From the NCBI GenBank assembly GCA_041664585.1, contig JBAYKL010000001.1:4592-68591 (forward strand): DNA of 64,000 nt, in the 5' to 3' direction. The first letter of the stretch is position 1. Each line of letters opens with the position of its first letter. Made by a program: the position numbers and the translations under genes. The notes under the pieces are model-generated. The model searched no databases and had not been told where the DNA came from. It saw only the letters and a program-made list of their open reading frames with translations. Of the stretch, positions 17,426 to 27,800 are shown in pieces. This DNA comes from Minisyncoccota bacterium (lineage in GTDB: Bacteria > Patescibacteriota > Minisyncoccia > Phycocordibacterales > GWA1-40-21).

Positions 17426-18520
17426 ATGCTCTCAAAATTATTTAAAATAATAAAAAAATACGAAAGAATTTGTTCTGCACTAGGCCTTGTCTCTGGTATT
17501 GTTCTTACCCCACTCGCTCTTACTCGTGTAGACCAACCAATTGAAAATGTTTGGATAGTAGCACACTTACTCATAGCTATTTTTGGTATTATGGTTTTAA
17601 ATTATCATGATAATAGAGTTGCAAAAGGTAGGTCTGCAGAAAAACATAATGAGATAATACATTTTTGGTTTTCTATACTTATACAATTTGCTTATGGTAA
17701 CCTTTTTACTACTTATATAGTGTTTTATTTTAGAAGCGCTGTTCTTTCTTTTGCTTGGCCATTTTTACTTTTGATTTTTACTTTACTTATTGGTAACGAA
17801 ATTTGGAAAAAACATTATCACATTCTTACGCTGCAACTAGCAACTCTTTTTCTTGCAGTATACATGTTTGTGATTTTTGGTTTACCAGTTCTTTTAAAAC
17901 GCATTGGAGATGACGTATTTCTTTGGTCTGGTGTTTACAGTTTACTTTTTATATTTATCTTCGCTTTAGTACTCTGGAGTTTTACAAAAGAAAAATTCAA
18001 AAAAAGTAAAAAGGGGTTAATTTTTAGTATTTTAGGTACATATCTCATAATGAATGGGATGTATTTTTTGAATATTATTCCCCCAATTCCTTTATCTTTG
18101 AAAACCGCTGGGGTATATCACGATCTTTCCAAGAATTCAGATGGTGATTATGTCGGGCACGAAGAAAACTATGATTGGAAGAAATATTTTGTGAAGTATC
18201 CCATTTTCCACAGAGTAGATGGTGAACCTGTTTATGTATTCGGAGCAGTTTTTTCTCCAGCAAAATTAAATACAAAGATATACCATAAATGGCAGTATTT
18301 TGATGAAGGTGAAAAGAAGTGGGAAGATTCAATGTTATTAGAAATATCAATTGTTGGTGGTAGGGAAGGCGGATACAGAATTTATTCTTCCAAAGAAGCT
18401 GTGTTTCCTGGGCTTTGGAGGGTTGATGTTCTTAATGTAAATAAACAAATTATAGGTAGGTTGAAATTCAAGATAGAGAATAGCGAATTAAAACAGAAAA
18501 TGGTTGAGGTTAAACTTTAG
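17426..18520 (+). CDS. integral membrane protein with C-terminal soluble domain
   Basis: About 6 TM segments followed by a roughly 130-aa hydrophilic domain. Confidence 0.5.
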   Translation: MLSKLFKIIKKYERICSALGLVSGIVLTPLALTRVDQPIENVWIVAHLLIAIFGIMVLNYHDNRVAKGRSAEKHNEIIHFWFSILIQFAYGNLFTTYIVFYFRSAVLSFAWPFLLLIFTLLIGNEIWKKHYHILTLQLATLFLAVYMFVIFGLPVLLKRIGDDVFLWSGVYSLLFIFIFALVLWSFTKEKFKKSKKGLIFSILGTYLIMNGMYFLNIIPPIPLSLKTAGVYHDLSKNSDGDYVGHEENYDWKKYFVKYPIFHRVDGEPVYVFGAVFSPAKLNTKIYHKWQYFDEGEKKWEDSMLLEISIVGGREGGYRIYSSKEAVFPGLWRVDVLNVNKQIIGRLKFKIENSELKQKMVEVKL

Positions 18521-18535
18521 TGGTATAATTTATTT

Positions 18536-19123
18536 ATGAAAACCAAAATCGTTATAACAGCAGTCATAATTATTTTCGCTTTAGTTGGTTTAAGTATTTC
18601 TTCTGTAATTAATTCTCCTCAAAACATAATCGCCTGTACTCAAGAGGCAAAAATCTGCCCAGATGGTAGCTCCGTTGGTAGGATTGGTCCAAGGTGTGAG
18701 TTTACTGAATGCCCAAAGACTGTAACACAAACGAATGTAATTAGTACTACTACTCAAAATACAAACGTCGTAATTCCTAATGTTTCTAAAAATACGAAGC
18801 TAAATAAAAAGGTAATAATCAGTGGTATTTCTATTACCCCAATTGAATTAATTTCTGATAGTAGATGCCCCGTTGACGTACAATGTGTTTGGGCCGGTAC
18901 GGTAGATATAAAGGTAAAAATAGAATTTGGAACAAGCGTTCAGGAATCCGTAATCAGTTTAGGAAATTCGGTTAAATTTTTAAATGTCGGTGTAGAATTA
19001 AAAAATGTTTTGCCACAACCATATGCTAGGGTCTCAATTAAACCAGAAAATTATTATTTTGAATTTAACGTCGTACCAGCAGAAGCTATAAAGAACAATA
19101 ATACAGAAAAACCAATTTTCTAA
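18536..19123 (+). CDS. secreted/anchored hypothetical protein
   Basis: N-terminal signal anchor and cysteine pairs (CTQEAKICPDG, CEFTECP). Confidence 0.5.
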   Translation: MKTKIVITAVIIIFALVGLSISSVINSPQNIIACTQEAKICPDGSSVGRIGPRCEFTECPKTVTQTNVISTTTQNTNVVIPNVSKNTKLNKKVIISGISITPIELISDSRCPVDVQCVWAGTVDIKVKIEFGTSVQESVISLGNSVKFLNVGVELKNVLPQPYARVSIKPENYYFEFNVVPAEAIKNNNTEKPIF

Positions 19124-19125
19124 AT

Positions 19126-19632
19126 ATGAAAAAGATTGTTGTTAATGATTTAATGCAGAAGAATTATGAGTATGAGCTCACTGCACCTCTCAGTAAGGAT
19201 TTTGATAAAGATTTTAAACCAGAACTATCACCTAAAGAAATGTTGGAGCTTGGTTGTTTCGGTGGAAAATACATGACTGATTGCAAAAAGGAATTTCCAA
19301 AAGATTGGTTTGCTAAAGCAAAGCTTTGTCATGAAAAACATGATGCGAAGTTAAATTATTTTGGAGTAAACGCTAGTCAACCACTTTCTGTTTGGAGGGA
19401 AAAGGGGTGGATAAATGAAGAATGTGATCCAAGAGGCTGGTTTCAGTGGTATTGCAGATATTATATGGGCAGAAGGTTACCAGAAGAAGACCACAAGCAA
19501 ATTATGAGGTGGAGAAATATCCGTCGCCACGCAGCTCAAATTCGTAAGAATTGTAGGGCGGGTGATATATATTGTAGGCCTAAACAAAGGCAATCTCTAC
19601 TGCACTGGGCATATGATAGTAGAAAAATGTGA
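19126..19632 (+). CDS. hypothetical cytoplasmic protein (Trp/Cys-rich conserved core)
   Basis: 168 aa with no signal peptide. The core is GWFQWYCRYYMGRR...RWRN. No family assigned. Confidence 0.45.
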   Translation: MKKIVVNDLMQKNYEYELTAPLSKDFDKDFKPELSPKEMLELGCFGGKYMTDCKKEFPKDWFAKAKLCHEKHDAKLNYFGVNASQPLSVWREKGWINEECDPRGWFQWYCRYYMGRRLPEEDHKQIMRWRNIRRHAAQIRKNCRAGDIYCRPKQRQSLLHWAYDSRKM

Positions 19633-19645
19633 TATAATTAACTAT

Positions 19646-20413
19646 ATGAAAAAGAAATTAATTATCGTACTTATATCTTTAATAATTATTTTGGTAATTG
19701 CTTTTGTTGTATACAAAGAAAAAACTGGAGATGCAACAATGAAGATATATTATGGTGATCCATTAAGCGCAACTTATACTATTGATGATGCAGAATATCT
19801 TTTGAGGGATGGTAAGTCAGAAATGGAAGCAGCACCTGGTTCCGCAGAAAAAATTACTACTGAAATTTTTGGTGAACCAGTTTCTGGAGATTTAAATGGA
19901 GATGGTATAGGGGACTACGCGATGTTCCTTGTTCAAAGAACTGGTGGCACAGGATCTTTTTACTTTGTAGTTTCTGCAATATCTAGAAAAGATGGAAAAG
20001 TAGCTGGTACTAATGCAGTATACCTAGGTGACAGAATTGCACCACAAAATATTCAAGTAAAGGACGGAGAAATAATTGCTAATTATGCTGACAGAAATGA
20101 AGGTGAGAGAATGAATGTTAAACCATCTCTTGGTGTATCAAAATACATAAAATTAGTAGATGGTGTTCTTAAAGACGTAAATGAAAAGGTGGAAGACGGT
20201 TTGGGTGATACAAGCGATAATCCAATGGTAAATTGTGACAGAATGAGCGGCATTTGGTATGGAGAAGAGGGAATTTGCGAGGCAAATCAGCTTTCATATG
20301 AAGAATGTATTGCTCAAGGTGGTCAATTCGACGGATGTGCTTCTGCCTGTAGACATAATCCAAAGGCTGAGGTTTGTATTATGGTGTGTGTTCAGACCTG
20401 TACTTTTAGATAG
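19646..20413 (+). CDS. membrane-anchored protein with Cys-rich C-terminal domain
   Basis: ATG at 19646 (MKKKLIIVLISL...) gives an N-terminal TM segment. The C-terminus carries about 10 Cys residues. Confidence 0.5.
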   Translation: MKKKLIIVLISLIIILVIAFVVYKEKTGDATMKIYYGDPLSATYTIDDAEYLLRDGKSEMEAAPGSAEKITTEIFGEPVSGDLNGDGIGDYAMFLVQRTGGTGSFYFVVSAISRKDGKVAGTNAVYLGDRIAPQNIQVKDGEIIANYADRNEGERMNVKPSLGVSKYIKLVDGVLKDVNEKVEDGLGDTSDNPMVNCDRMSGIWYGEEGICEANQLSYEECIAQGGQFDGCASACRHNPKAEVCIMVCVQTCTFR

Positions 20414-20432
20414 ATTTTAATATAATATTTCT

Positions 20433-20768
20433 ATGTCCGTAGAATTTGATCAAGAAAATAGTTTTGATAAAAAGTTTGAGAGAACTATTGCAAAGAAGAA
20501 GGGTTCCAAGATGAACGCCTTTTTAATCAAACATTATTTTGCTAAAAACGAAAAACAAGCGAATATGATTTTGCTTGGTGTTTCTTTGGTATCTCTTCTC
20601 CTCACTGCCGTTATCCTAAACGTCTCTGTGTTCGGAGGAAGCTTCTTTAACAAAAAGACGCTTAGCCCAAATGCTAAGATAATGCAAGAATACAAAGATC
20701 AGGGACTGTCCGGTAAAGCTCTGATGGATAAAATAAGAGAAGATAAAAAGACTGGTATATCAAAATAA
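20433..20768 (+). CDS. small membrane protein
   Basis: 111 aa with one TM segment. Confidence 0.4.
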   Translation: MSVEFDQENSFDKKFERTIAKKKGSKMNAFLIKHYFAKNEKQANMILLGVSLVSLLLTAVILNVSVFGGSFFNKKTLSPNAKIMQEYKDQGLSGKALMDKIREDKKTGISK

Positions 20769-20769
20769 T

Positions 20770-21318
20770 ATGAAAAATACAAAATACAAGAAAGGTTTTA
20801 CTCTTATTGAGCTTCTCGTTGTTATTTCTATCATCGGATTGCTTTCGAGTGTGGTTATGGCTGGGCTTGTGAGCGCCAGACAAAAAGCCAATGCTACAAA
20901 AATAGTTGCAGAAATGAATCAATTAAAGACTGCTTTTGAGCTATATAGGAATGATAAGGGAAAGTATCCAAATGAGGGTAACGGAGACTGCAAAAATTTA
21001 GCTGGTAATGGTAGTTGCTCTGGTAAAATTATTGATTATTTAAGATCTGAACTGGTTTCTGGCAGTTATATACCAGCGATACCTGGCATGTCAATTTATA
21101 GTGAATATTACTATTTAACTGGTTATTACGTATATGAACCCCTAGTTGATGAAGACGGTGTTGTTTTTGATACAAATTATTATTCATGTGGAGGAAAAAT
21201 GTTAAAATCTTACGCCATTTATTTTCAATATAATGAGATGACTTTGTCTTTCCCTAAGCTTAGTGCATGTAATGATTCGGGATGTCTTGATACAAATTAC
21301 TATTGTATAGGTCAGTAG
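20770..21318 (+). CDS. type IV pilin / pseudopilin (N-terminal methylation motif)
   Basis: KGFTLIELLVVISIIGLL is a class III signal peptide. C-terminal Cys pairs are present. Confidence 0.75.
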   Translation: MKNTKYKKGFTLIELLVVISIIGLLSSVVMAGLVSARQKANATKIVAEMNQLKTAFELYRNDKGKYPNEGNGDCKNLAGNGSCSGKIIDYLRSELVSGSYIPAIPGMSIYSEYYYLTGYYVYEPLVDEDGVVFDTNYYSCGGKMLKSYAIYFQYNEMTLSFPKLSACNDSGCLDTNYYCIGQ

Positions 21319-21342
21319 TTTAGGACTTAGGAGTAATTAGAT

Positions 21343-21371
21343 TTGACATTTATTATCTAATAGATTAGTAT
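21343..21371 (+). promoter_or_regulatory. candidate sigma-70 promoter TTGACA-N17-TAGTAT upstream of rpoB
   Basis: Sequence match only. It lies about 220 bp upstream of the rpoB ATG. Confidence 0.3.
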
Positions 21372-21592
21372 ATACAAAGCTTTTTATCGAATGAGTTGCG
21401 ACTGGGAAAGCACCAGTGTAAGTAAGAAAAAAATATCTTGCTTAAAAAAATAAGATAAACAAAATACAAAATATAAAAAACCTTAAGAGAAAGGGTCTTT
21501 TTGTTTTGTATATTTAAAATTGTCTTCTTTTTCTAAGTAAGTTGTTTAGTTAATTATTAGCTTTATTAGTTTATTTTTTAATAACAACAAAA

Positions 21593-24500
21593 ATGAAAAA
21601 AGCCGCAAACATTTTGATAGACGGAGTTACAGGGGGAAAGCTTGAAAAGAAATATTTCAGCAAGTTCAAAGAACCTCTAATAAAGACTCCAAACCTTGTC
21701 TGCCACCAAATGAAATCATACGAATGGTTTCTTAAAGATGGTCTCGCAGAAGTCTTCAAGGAGTTTTCTCCTATAAAAGACTATGCTGATAAGAAATTCG
21801 AATTGTCTTTCACTGACTTCGAAGTCTTGGCTCCTAAGAATGATGAAAATAGTGCAAAGGAGAAAAAGATTTCTTATGATGCTCAGCTTAAAGCAAAAGT
21901 TAAACTAAAGAACAAAACTCTTGGAACTGTAAAAGAACAGGAAGTATTCCTTTCTGATTTACCTTTGATGACAGATCACGGTACTTTTATTATAAACGGT
22001 ATTGAAAGAGTCATCGTTCCTCAGCTTGCTCGTTCATATGGTGTATTCTTTACTCTTAATGATGCAAAAGGTAAAAACTTCTTTGGTGCAAAGATTATTC
22101 CAGCAAGGGGTGCTTGGATAGAAGTAGAATCAGAATCTGACGGTGCTATATATGTCAAAATCGACAAGAAAAGAAAATTTGCGGTTTCTTCTCTTTTAAG
22201 AGTTTTGGATATAAAGACAGATAAAGACATTTTAGATCTATTTAAGAGTGATGAAGTTACTACAAAAGTAATGGAACTTACTCTTGCGAAAGACCATGCA
22301 AAAACTCAAGATGATTCTTTCCTAGAAATCTACAAGAAACTTAGAGATGGAGATTTGGCTTCTATAGAAAATGCCAAAGAATTTATAAAATCTATTTTCT
22401 CAAAAGAAAGATACGATATTTCAGGAGTTGGAAGATTTAAATTCAACAAGAGATTTAACTTATCAATGGATGAAAAGGTTTTAGAAAACAAAACTATTAC
22501 AGCAGAAGATGTTGTTTGTATAATCAAAAACATTGTTGCATTAAACAATGATCCAGAAGCTGTAGAAGATGATATCGATCACTTGGGCTCAAGAAGAGTT
22601 CGTTTCGTTGGTGAACTTATACAAGCTAAGGTAAGAGTTGGTATGGCTCAAATGAAGAGAAACGTTCAAGACAGAATGTCTACAATAGATCCAGATATTA
22701 CAACTCCAGTACAATTCATTTCTGCAAGACCGCTACAAGCTAGAATAAAAGAATTTTTCACAACCAACCAGTTGTCTCAGTTTATGCAACAGACAAACAT
22801 TCTTGAAGAAATTGAACACTTGAGAACTTTGTCAGCTCTCGGACCTGGAGGTCTTACAAGAGAAAGAGCTGGATTTGAAGTTAGAGACGTTCACCCTTCT
22901 CACTATGGAAGAGTTTGTCCTATTCACACACCAGAAGGTCAAAACATCGGTCTTATCTTAAGACTTTCAAACTACGCTAGGGTAAATGAATTTGGAATGA
23001 TCGAAACTCCTTATGCAAAAGTTGTAAAAGGTGTTGTTACAGCTGAAGTAAAATATTTCAATGCTTTAGAAGAAGAAGGTTTTAAGGTTGCTCACGGTGC
23101 TACTCACTATGATGAAAGCGGAAAGATTACTGATAAAGAAGTTGAGGTCCGTGTAAACGGTGTACCAACTCTTGTAAAAAGAGAAGACGTAGATCTTATA
23201 GACGTATCTGCAAACCAAGCTTTCTCTATAGCTCCATCTATGATTCCTTTCTTAAATCACGACGATGCAAACAGAGCTTTGATGGGATCAAACATGCAAA
23301 AGCAGGCTGTGCCTTGTATTATTCCAGAAGCTCCACTTGTTGCTACTGGTATTGAAGGAGAAGCTGCAAGATATACAGGAAGAGTTATATTTGCTGAAGA
23401 AGAGGGTATTGTTTCAAAAGTAGATTCATCAAAAATTGTTATTAAAGGTGCAAAGACTGGTAAAGATAAAGAATATAAACTTGTTGCATATTCAAGAACA
23501 AACGGTTTTACTCCTTTCCACCAGAGACCATCTGTAAATCTAGGACAGAAAGTTAAGAAGGGTGATTTACTTGCCGATACATCCTCATCTGTAAATGGTG
23601 AAATGGCTATTGGTCAAAACGCTCTTGTTGCTTTCATGACTTGGAGCGGTGCAAACTATGAAGACGCTATTGTCCTTTCAGAAAGACTCGTAAAAAATAG
23701 CAAATTCTCATCAATTCACATCGAAGAATTTATCGTAAACGTTCGTGATACAAAACTTGGACCAGAGGTTACAACACATGATATTCCAAACGTCGGTGAA
23801 GCTAAATTAAAGAACTTAGACGAAGACGGTATTGTAAGAGTTGGAGCGGAAGTTATGACAGGAGATATTCTTGTTGGTAAAATTACTCCAAAAGGTGAGA
23901 CTCAACTTACACCAGAAGAAAGACTTCTTAGATCTATTTTCGGTGAAAAGGCTCGTGATGTAAAAGATACTTCAAAGAGACTTGAAAGTGGAAAGAGAGG
24001 AAGAATTATTTCTGTAAAGGTTTTCTCAAGAGAAAATGGAGACAAGCTCGAATCAGGAATTATAAAGAGAATTCACATTGAAATTGCCCAACTTAGAAAC
24101 GTATCTGTTGGAGACAAACTTGCTGGAAGACACGGAAACAAAGGTGTTATTTCAAGAATATTACCAGTAGAAGATATGCCTTATATGGAAGATGGTACAC
24201 CGGTAGATATTATTCTTACACCACTTGGTGTTCCTTCACGTATGAACCTTGGACAGATTCTTGAGGTCCACTTGGGTATGGCTGCAAATACTTTGAACTA
24301 TCAGGCTGTTGTTCCACCATTTATGGGTGCTACAGACAAAGAGATAAAAGAAGAGCTCGTAAAAGCCGGATTCAATTCAGACGGTAAGATGAAATTGTTT
24401 GATGGAAGAAACGGACAAGCTTTTGAACAAAATATTTCTGTGGGTTATATGTATATCTTGAAGCTGCACCATGAAGTTGAAGACAAGATACACATGAGAT

Positions 24501-24814
24501 CTATCGGTCCTTACTCAATGATTACTCAACAGCCTTTGGGAGGTAGAGCACAAGGAGGAGGTCAGAGATTCGGAGAGATGGAGGTGTGGGCACTTCTTGG
24601 ATATGGAGCAGCTTATACACTAAGAGAAATGCTTACAATTAAATCAGACGATATAGTAGGTAGATCAGCAGCATTTGACTCTATAGTTAAAGGAGAAAGA
24701 ATCAAAGAGCCAAACTTGCCTGCATCATTCAATGTGTTACTAAATAGCTTGAGAGGTCTTGGACTTGATGTCGAACTCAAGAAAGAAAAGATAGAAGATG
24801 ATATAAAAGAATAA
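21593..24814 (+). CDS. rpoB: DNA-directed RNA polymerase subunit beta
   Basis: 1073 aa with conserved RpoB blocks (GEMEVWAL, the rifampicin region, NMQRQAVP). Confidence 0.95.
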   Translation: MKKAANILIDGVTGGKLEKKYFSKFKEPLIKTPNLVCHQMKSYEWFLKDGLAEVFKEFSPIKDYADKKFELSFTDFEVLAPKNDENSAKEKKISYDAQLKAKVKLKNKTLGTVKEQEVFLSDLPLMTDHGTFIINGIERVIVPQLARSYGVFFTLNDAKGKNFFGAKIIPARGAWIEVESESDGAIYVKIDKKRKFAVSSLLRVLDIKTDKDILDLFKSDEVTTKVMELTLAKDHAKTQDDSFLEIYKKLRDGDLASIENAKEFIKSIFSKERYDISGVGRFKFNKRFNLSMDEKVLENKTITAEDVVCIIKNIVALNNDPEAVEDDIDHLGSRRVRFVGELIQAKVRVGMAQMKRNVQDRMSTIDPDITTPVQFISARPLQARIKEFFTTNQLSQFMQQTNILEEIEHLRTLSALGPGGLTRERAGFEVRDVHPSHYGRVCPIHTPEGQNIGLILRLSNYARVNEFGMIETPYAKVVKGVVTAEVKYFNALEEEGFKVAHGATHYDESGKITDKEVEVRVNGVPTLVKREDVDLIDVSANQAFSIAPSMIPFLNHDDANRALMGSNMQKQAVPCIIPEAPLVATGIEGEAARYTGRVIFAEEEGIVSKVDSSKIVIKGAKTGKDKEYKLVAYSRTNGFTPFHQRPSVNLGQKVKKGDLLADTSSSVNGEMAIGQNALVAFMTWSGANYEDAIVLSERLVKNSKFSSIHIEEFIVNVRDTKLGPEVTTHDIPNVGEAKLKNLDEDGIVRVGAEVMTGDILVGKITPKGETQLTPEERLLRSIFGEKARDVKDTSKRLESGKRGRIISVKVFSRENGDKLESGIIKRIHIEIAQLRNVSVGDKLAGRHGNKGVISRILPVEDMPYMEDGTPVDIILTPLGVPSRMNLGQILEVHLGMAANTLNYQAVVPPFMGATDKEIKEELVKAGFNSDGKMKLFDGRNGQAFEQNISVGYMYILKLHHEVEDKIHMRSIGPYSMITQQPLGGRAQGGGQRFGEMEVWALLGYGAAYTLREMLTIKSDDIVGRSAAFDSIVKGERIKEPNLPASFNVLLNSLRGLGLDVELKKEKIEDDIKE

Positions 24815-24842
24815 TTTTTTCAAAATAATAAAACAAAAATAT

Positions 24843-27800
24843 ATGAAAAATACAAAATCATCACCATCAAAAGACCAAGATTTTAATTTAGTCTCAATAA
24901 AGATCGCTTCACCAGAAAGAATAGCTGAATGGTCAAGCGGAGAAGTTACAAAACCAGAAACAATAAACTACAGAACTCAGAGATCTGAGAGAGGTGGTTT
25001 ATTTGATGAAAAAATCTTTGGACCTGATAAAGATTATGAATGTTATTGTGGAAAATACAGAGGTATAAGATATAAAGGAATTGTTTGTGAAAAATGTGGA
25101 GTTGAAATTACAAGATCTATTGTAAGAAGAGAAAGAATGGGACACATAGAACTCTCTACACCAGTTTCTCACATCTGGTTCCTTAGAGGCACACCTTCAA
25201 GACTAGGTCTTGTACTTGGAATGACAGTTTCAGACCTTGAAAAGGTTATCTATTTCGCTGGATACATTGTTACAAAAACAATTGAATCAGAAAGAGAAAG
25301 AATTCTAAGAGAAATTGATCAAGAATTTAAGAATAAAGTAAAAACTGTTGCTGACGAAAAAACAAAAGAAGCTCTCAAAGAGCTTGCAACAAATGCAAAG
25401 AAAGAAGTTGAAAGTATCCAAGAAGGAAAAGTTTTGGATGAGGTATTGTTCCATAAATTCTCTATTAAATACGGAGCTATGTTTGAAGCTGGTATCGGTG
25501 GAGATGTGATCTATGAGATATTAAAGAAAGTTGATTTAGTAGAATTAGCAAAGAAACTTGATGCAAATCTCGAGAAGGCTAATTCAATGGATACTGATAA
25601 GATAAACAAGAGACTTAGCTTCATAAGAAGCATGATTGCTTCAAAAGTTCGCCCAGAATGGATGTTCCTTACAAGAATCCCTGTTATACCACCAGCACTT
25701 AGACCGATGGTTCCACTTGATGGAGGCAGATTTGCTACATCAGATGTAAATGATCTTTACAGAAGAGTAATCAACAGAAATAACAGACTTGTAAAGTTGA
25801 AAGAAATTTCTGCTCCAGATGTTATTCTTAGAAACGAAAAAAGAATTTTACAAGAAGCTATTGACGCTTTGATAGACAACTCTATCAGACATGGTAATTC
25901 TTTATTCTCAGCTCTTGGAAGTGCATCACAAAAGAGACCACTTAAATCTTTGGCTGATAATCTAAAAGGTAAAAGAGGTTTGTTTAGATCAAACCTTCTT
26001 GGTAAACGTGTAGACTATTCTGGTAGATCAGTTATCGTTGTTGGTCCAGATTTACACTTGGATCAGTGTGGATTACCAAAGCATATGGCACTAGAATTGT
26101 TCAGACCATTTGTTATTTCACAACTTCTTTCAAAAGAATTGGCATTTAACATAAGAGGTGCAGGTAAACTCATAGATGAAGGAGTCCCAGAAGTTTGGGC
26201 TATTCTTGAAAACGTTATCAAAGGAAAATATGTTCTTCTAAACAGAGCTCCTACTCTACACAGACTTGGTATTCAAGCTTTCCAACCTATCCTTATAGAA
26301 GGAAATGCTATTCAGGTTCACCCACTTGTTTGTACAGCTTTCAACGCTGACTTTGACGGAGACCAGATGGCTGTTCACGTGCCGCTTGGTGAAGAAGCAC
26401 AAGCAGAGGCTAGAGAAATAATGGCAGCTGACAAAAACATTCTTAAACCAGGAAATGGTGATCCAACAATTTCTGCAAAACTTTTGGACATTGTCCTAGG
26501 TTGTTACTGGATGACAAAAATAATTCCAGGCGAAAAAGGTGAAGGAAAATATTTCCAATCAACAAACGCGGCTATCATGGCTTATGATTTAGGGGTGATT
26601 AGTTTGAGAGCAAAGATTCATATTCTTCCATCAGAAAAAGAAAAGTATGCACAATTTGATATGAAGCTTTTTGAATCATCAGTCGGTAGATTGTTGTTAA
26701 ATACTGTTTTGCCAGCGTCATACCCATATGTAAATAAAGAAATTGATAAGAAAGCGATGTCAAAGATTATTGATGATCTTATTATCAAAAATGGTCCAGA
26801 AAAGGTTGCTCCTATATTAGACAAGATTAAAAACTTTGGATTCAAATATGCTACTTATTCAGGTGTTACTTGGGGTATAGATGATATTCAAATTCCAAAA
26901 GAAAAAGGCGCTATCGTTTCTGTTGCGAAAGGAAAATCTTTGGAAGTTATGGATCAATTCAACGAAGGTTTACTTACCGATGAAGAAAGAGTAAGAAAGA
27001 ATGTTGAAATATGGCAAGGTGCTAAAAGTGAATTAGAAAAACTTATTCCAGATACTTTAGATCACAACGGTTCTGTATACGATATGTGGAAGTCTGGCGC
27101 TAGAGGATCTCTAGGATCACTTACTCAAATGGTTGGTATGAAAGGTTTGATTCAGAATACAATGGGTGAAACTATTGAGTTCCCAGTAATTTCTTCTTCA
27201 AAGGAAGGTCTTACACCGATCGAATACTTCATTACAACTCACGGTTCAAGAAAAGGTCTTACTGATACTGCTTTGAACACTGCAAAAGCCGGATATCTTA
27301 CAAGAAGACTATTCGATGTTGCACAAGATATTATAATTACGGAAGTTGATTGTGGAACAAAAGATAAGATTGCAATCAATAAATTAAGTGGTGTTGAATC
27401 AGGTGCTTCAATTGCTAAAAATATTAGAGGTAGAGTTCTTGCAGAAGATGCTGTTATGAAAGATGGAACTGTATTGTTCAAAAAAGGTTCTCTTCTTACA
27501 AAAGACGATGCTCAGAAGATAGAACAATCTGATGTAGAAAATGTATTTGTTAGATCACCACTTACTTGTAAAACATTACACGGAATCTGTGCTCATTGTT
27601 ACGGTATGGATCTTGGTAAGAGTGTCATGGTAGATGTGGGTGAAGCTGTAGGTACTGTGGCTGCTCAAGCTATCGGTGAACCTGGTACACAGCTTACTAT
27701 GAGAACTTTCCACGCTGGAGGTACTGCTTCTGTTGGTGGAGATATCACACAAGGTTTGCCTAGAGTTGAAGAAATCTTTGAAAAGAGAAAGCCAAAGAAT

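Noticed and set aside
19633-19639. TATAAT hexamer just before the 19646 start
   Set aside because: It lies only 7 nt from the ATG and directly after the upstream stop. It is too close to act as a promoter for this gene.
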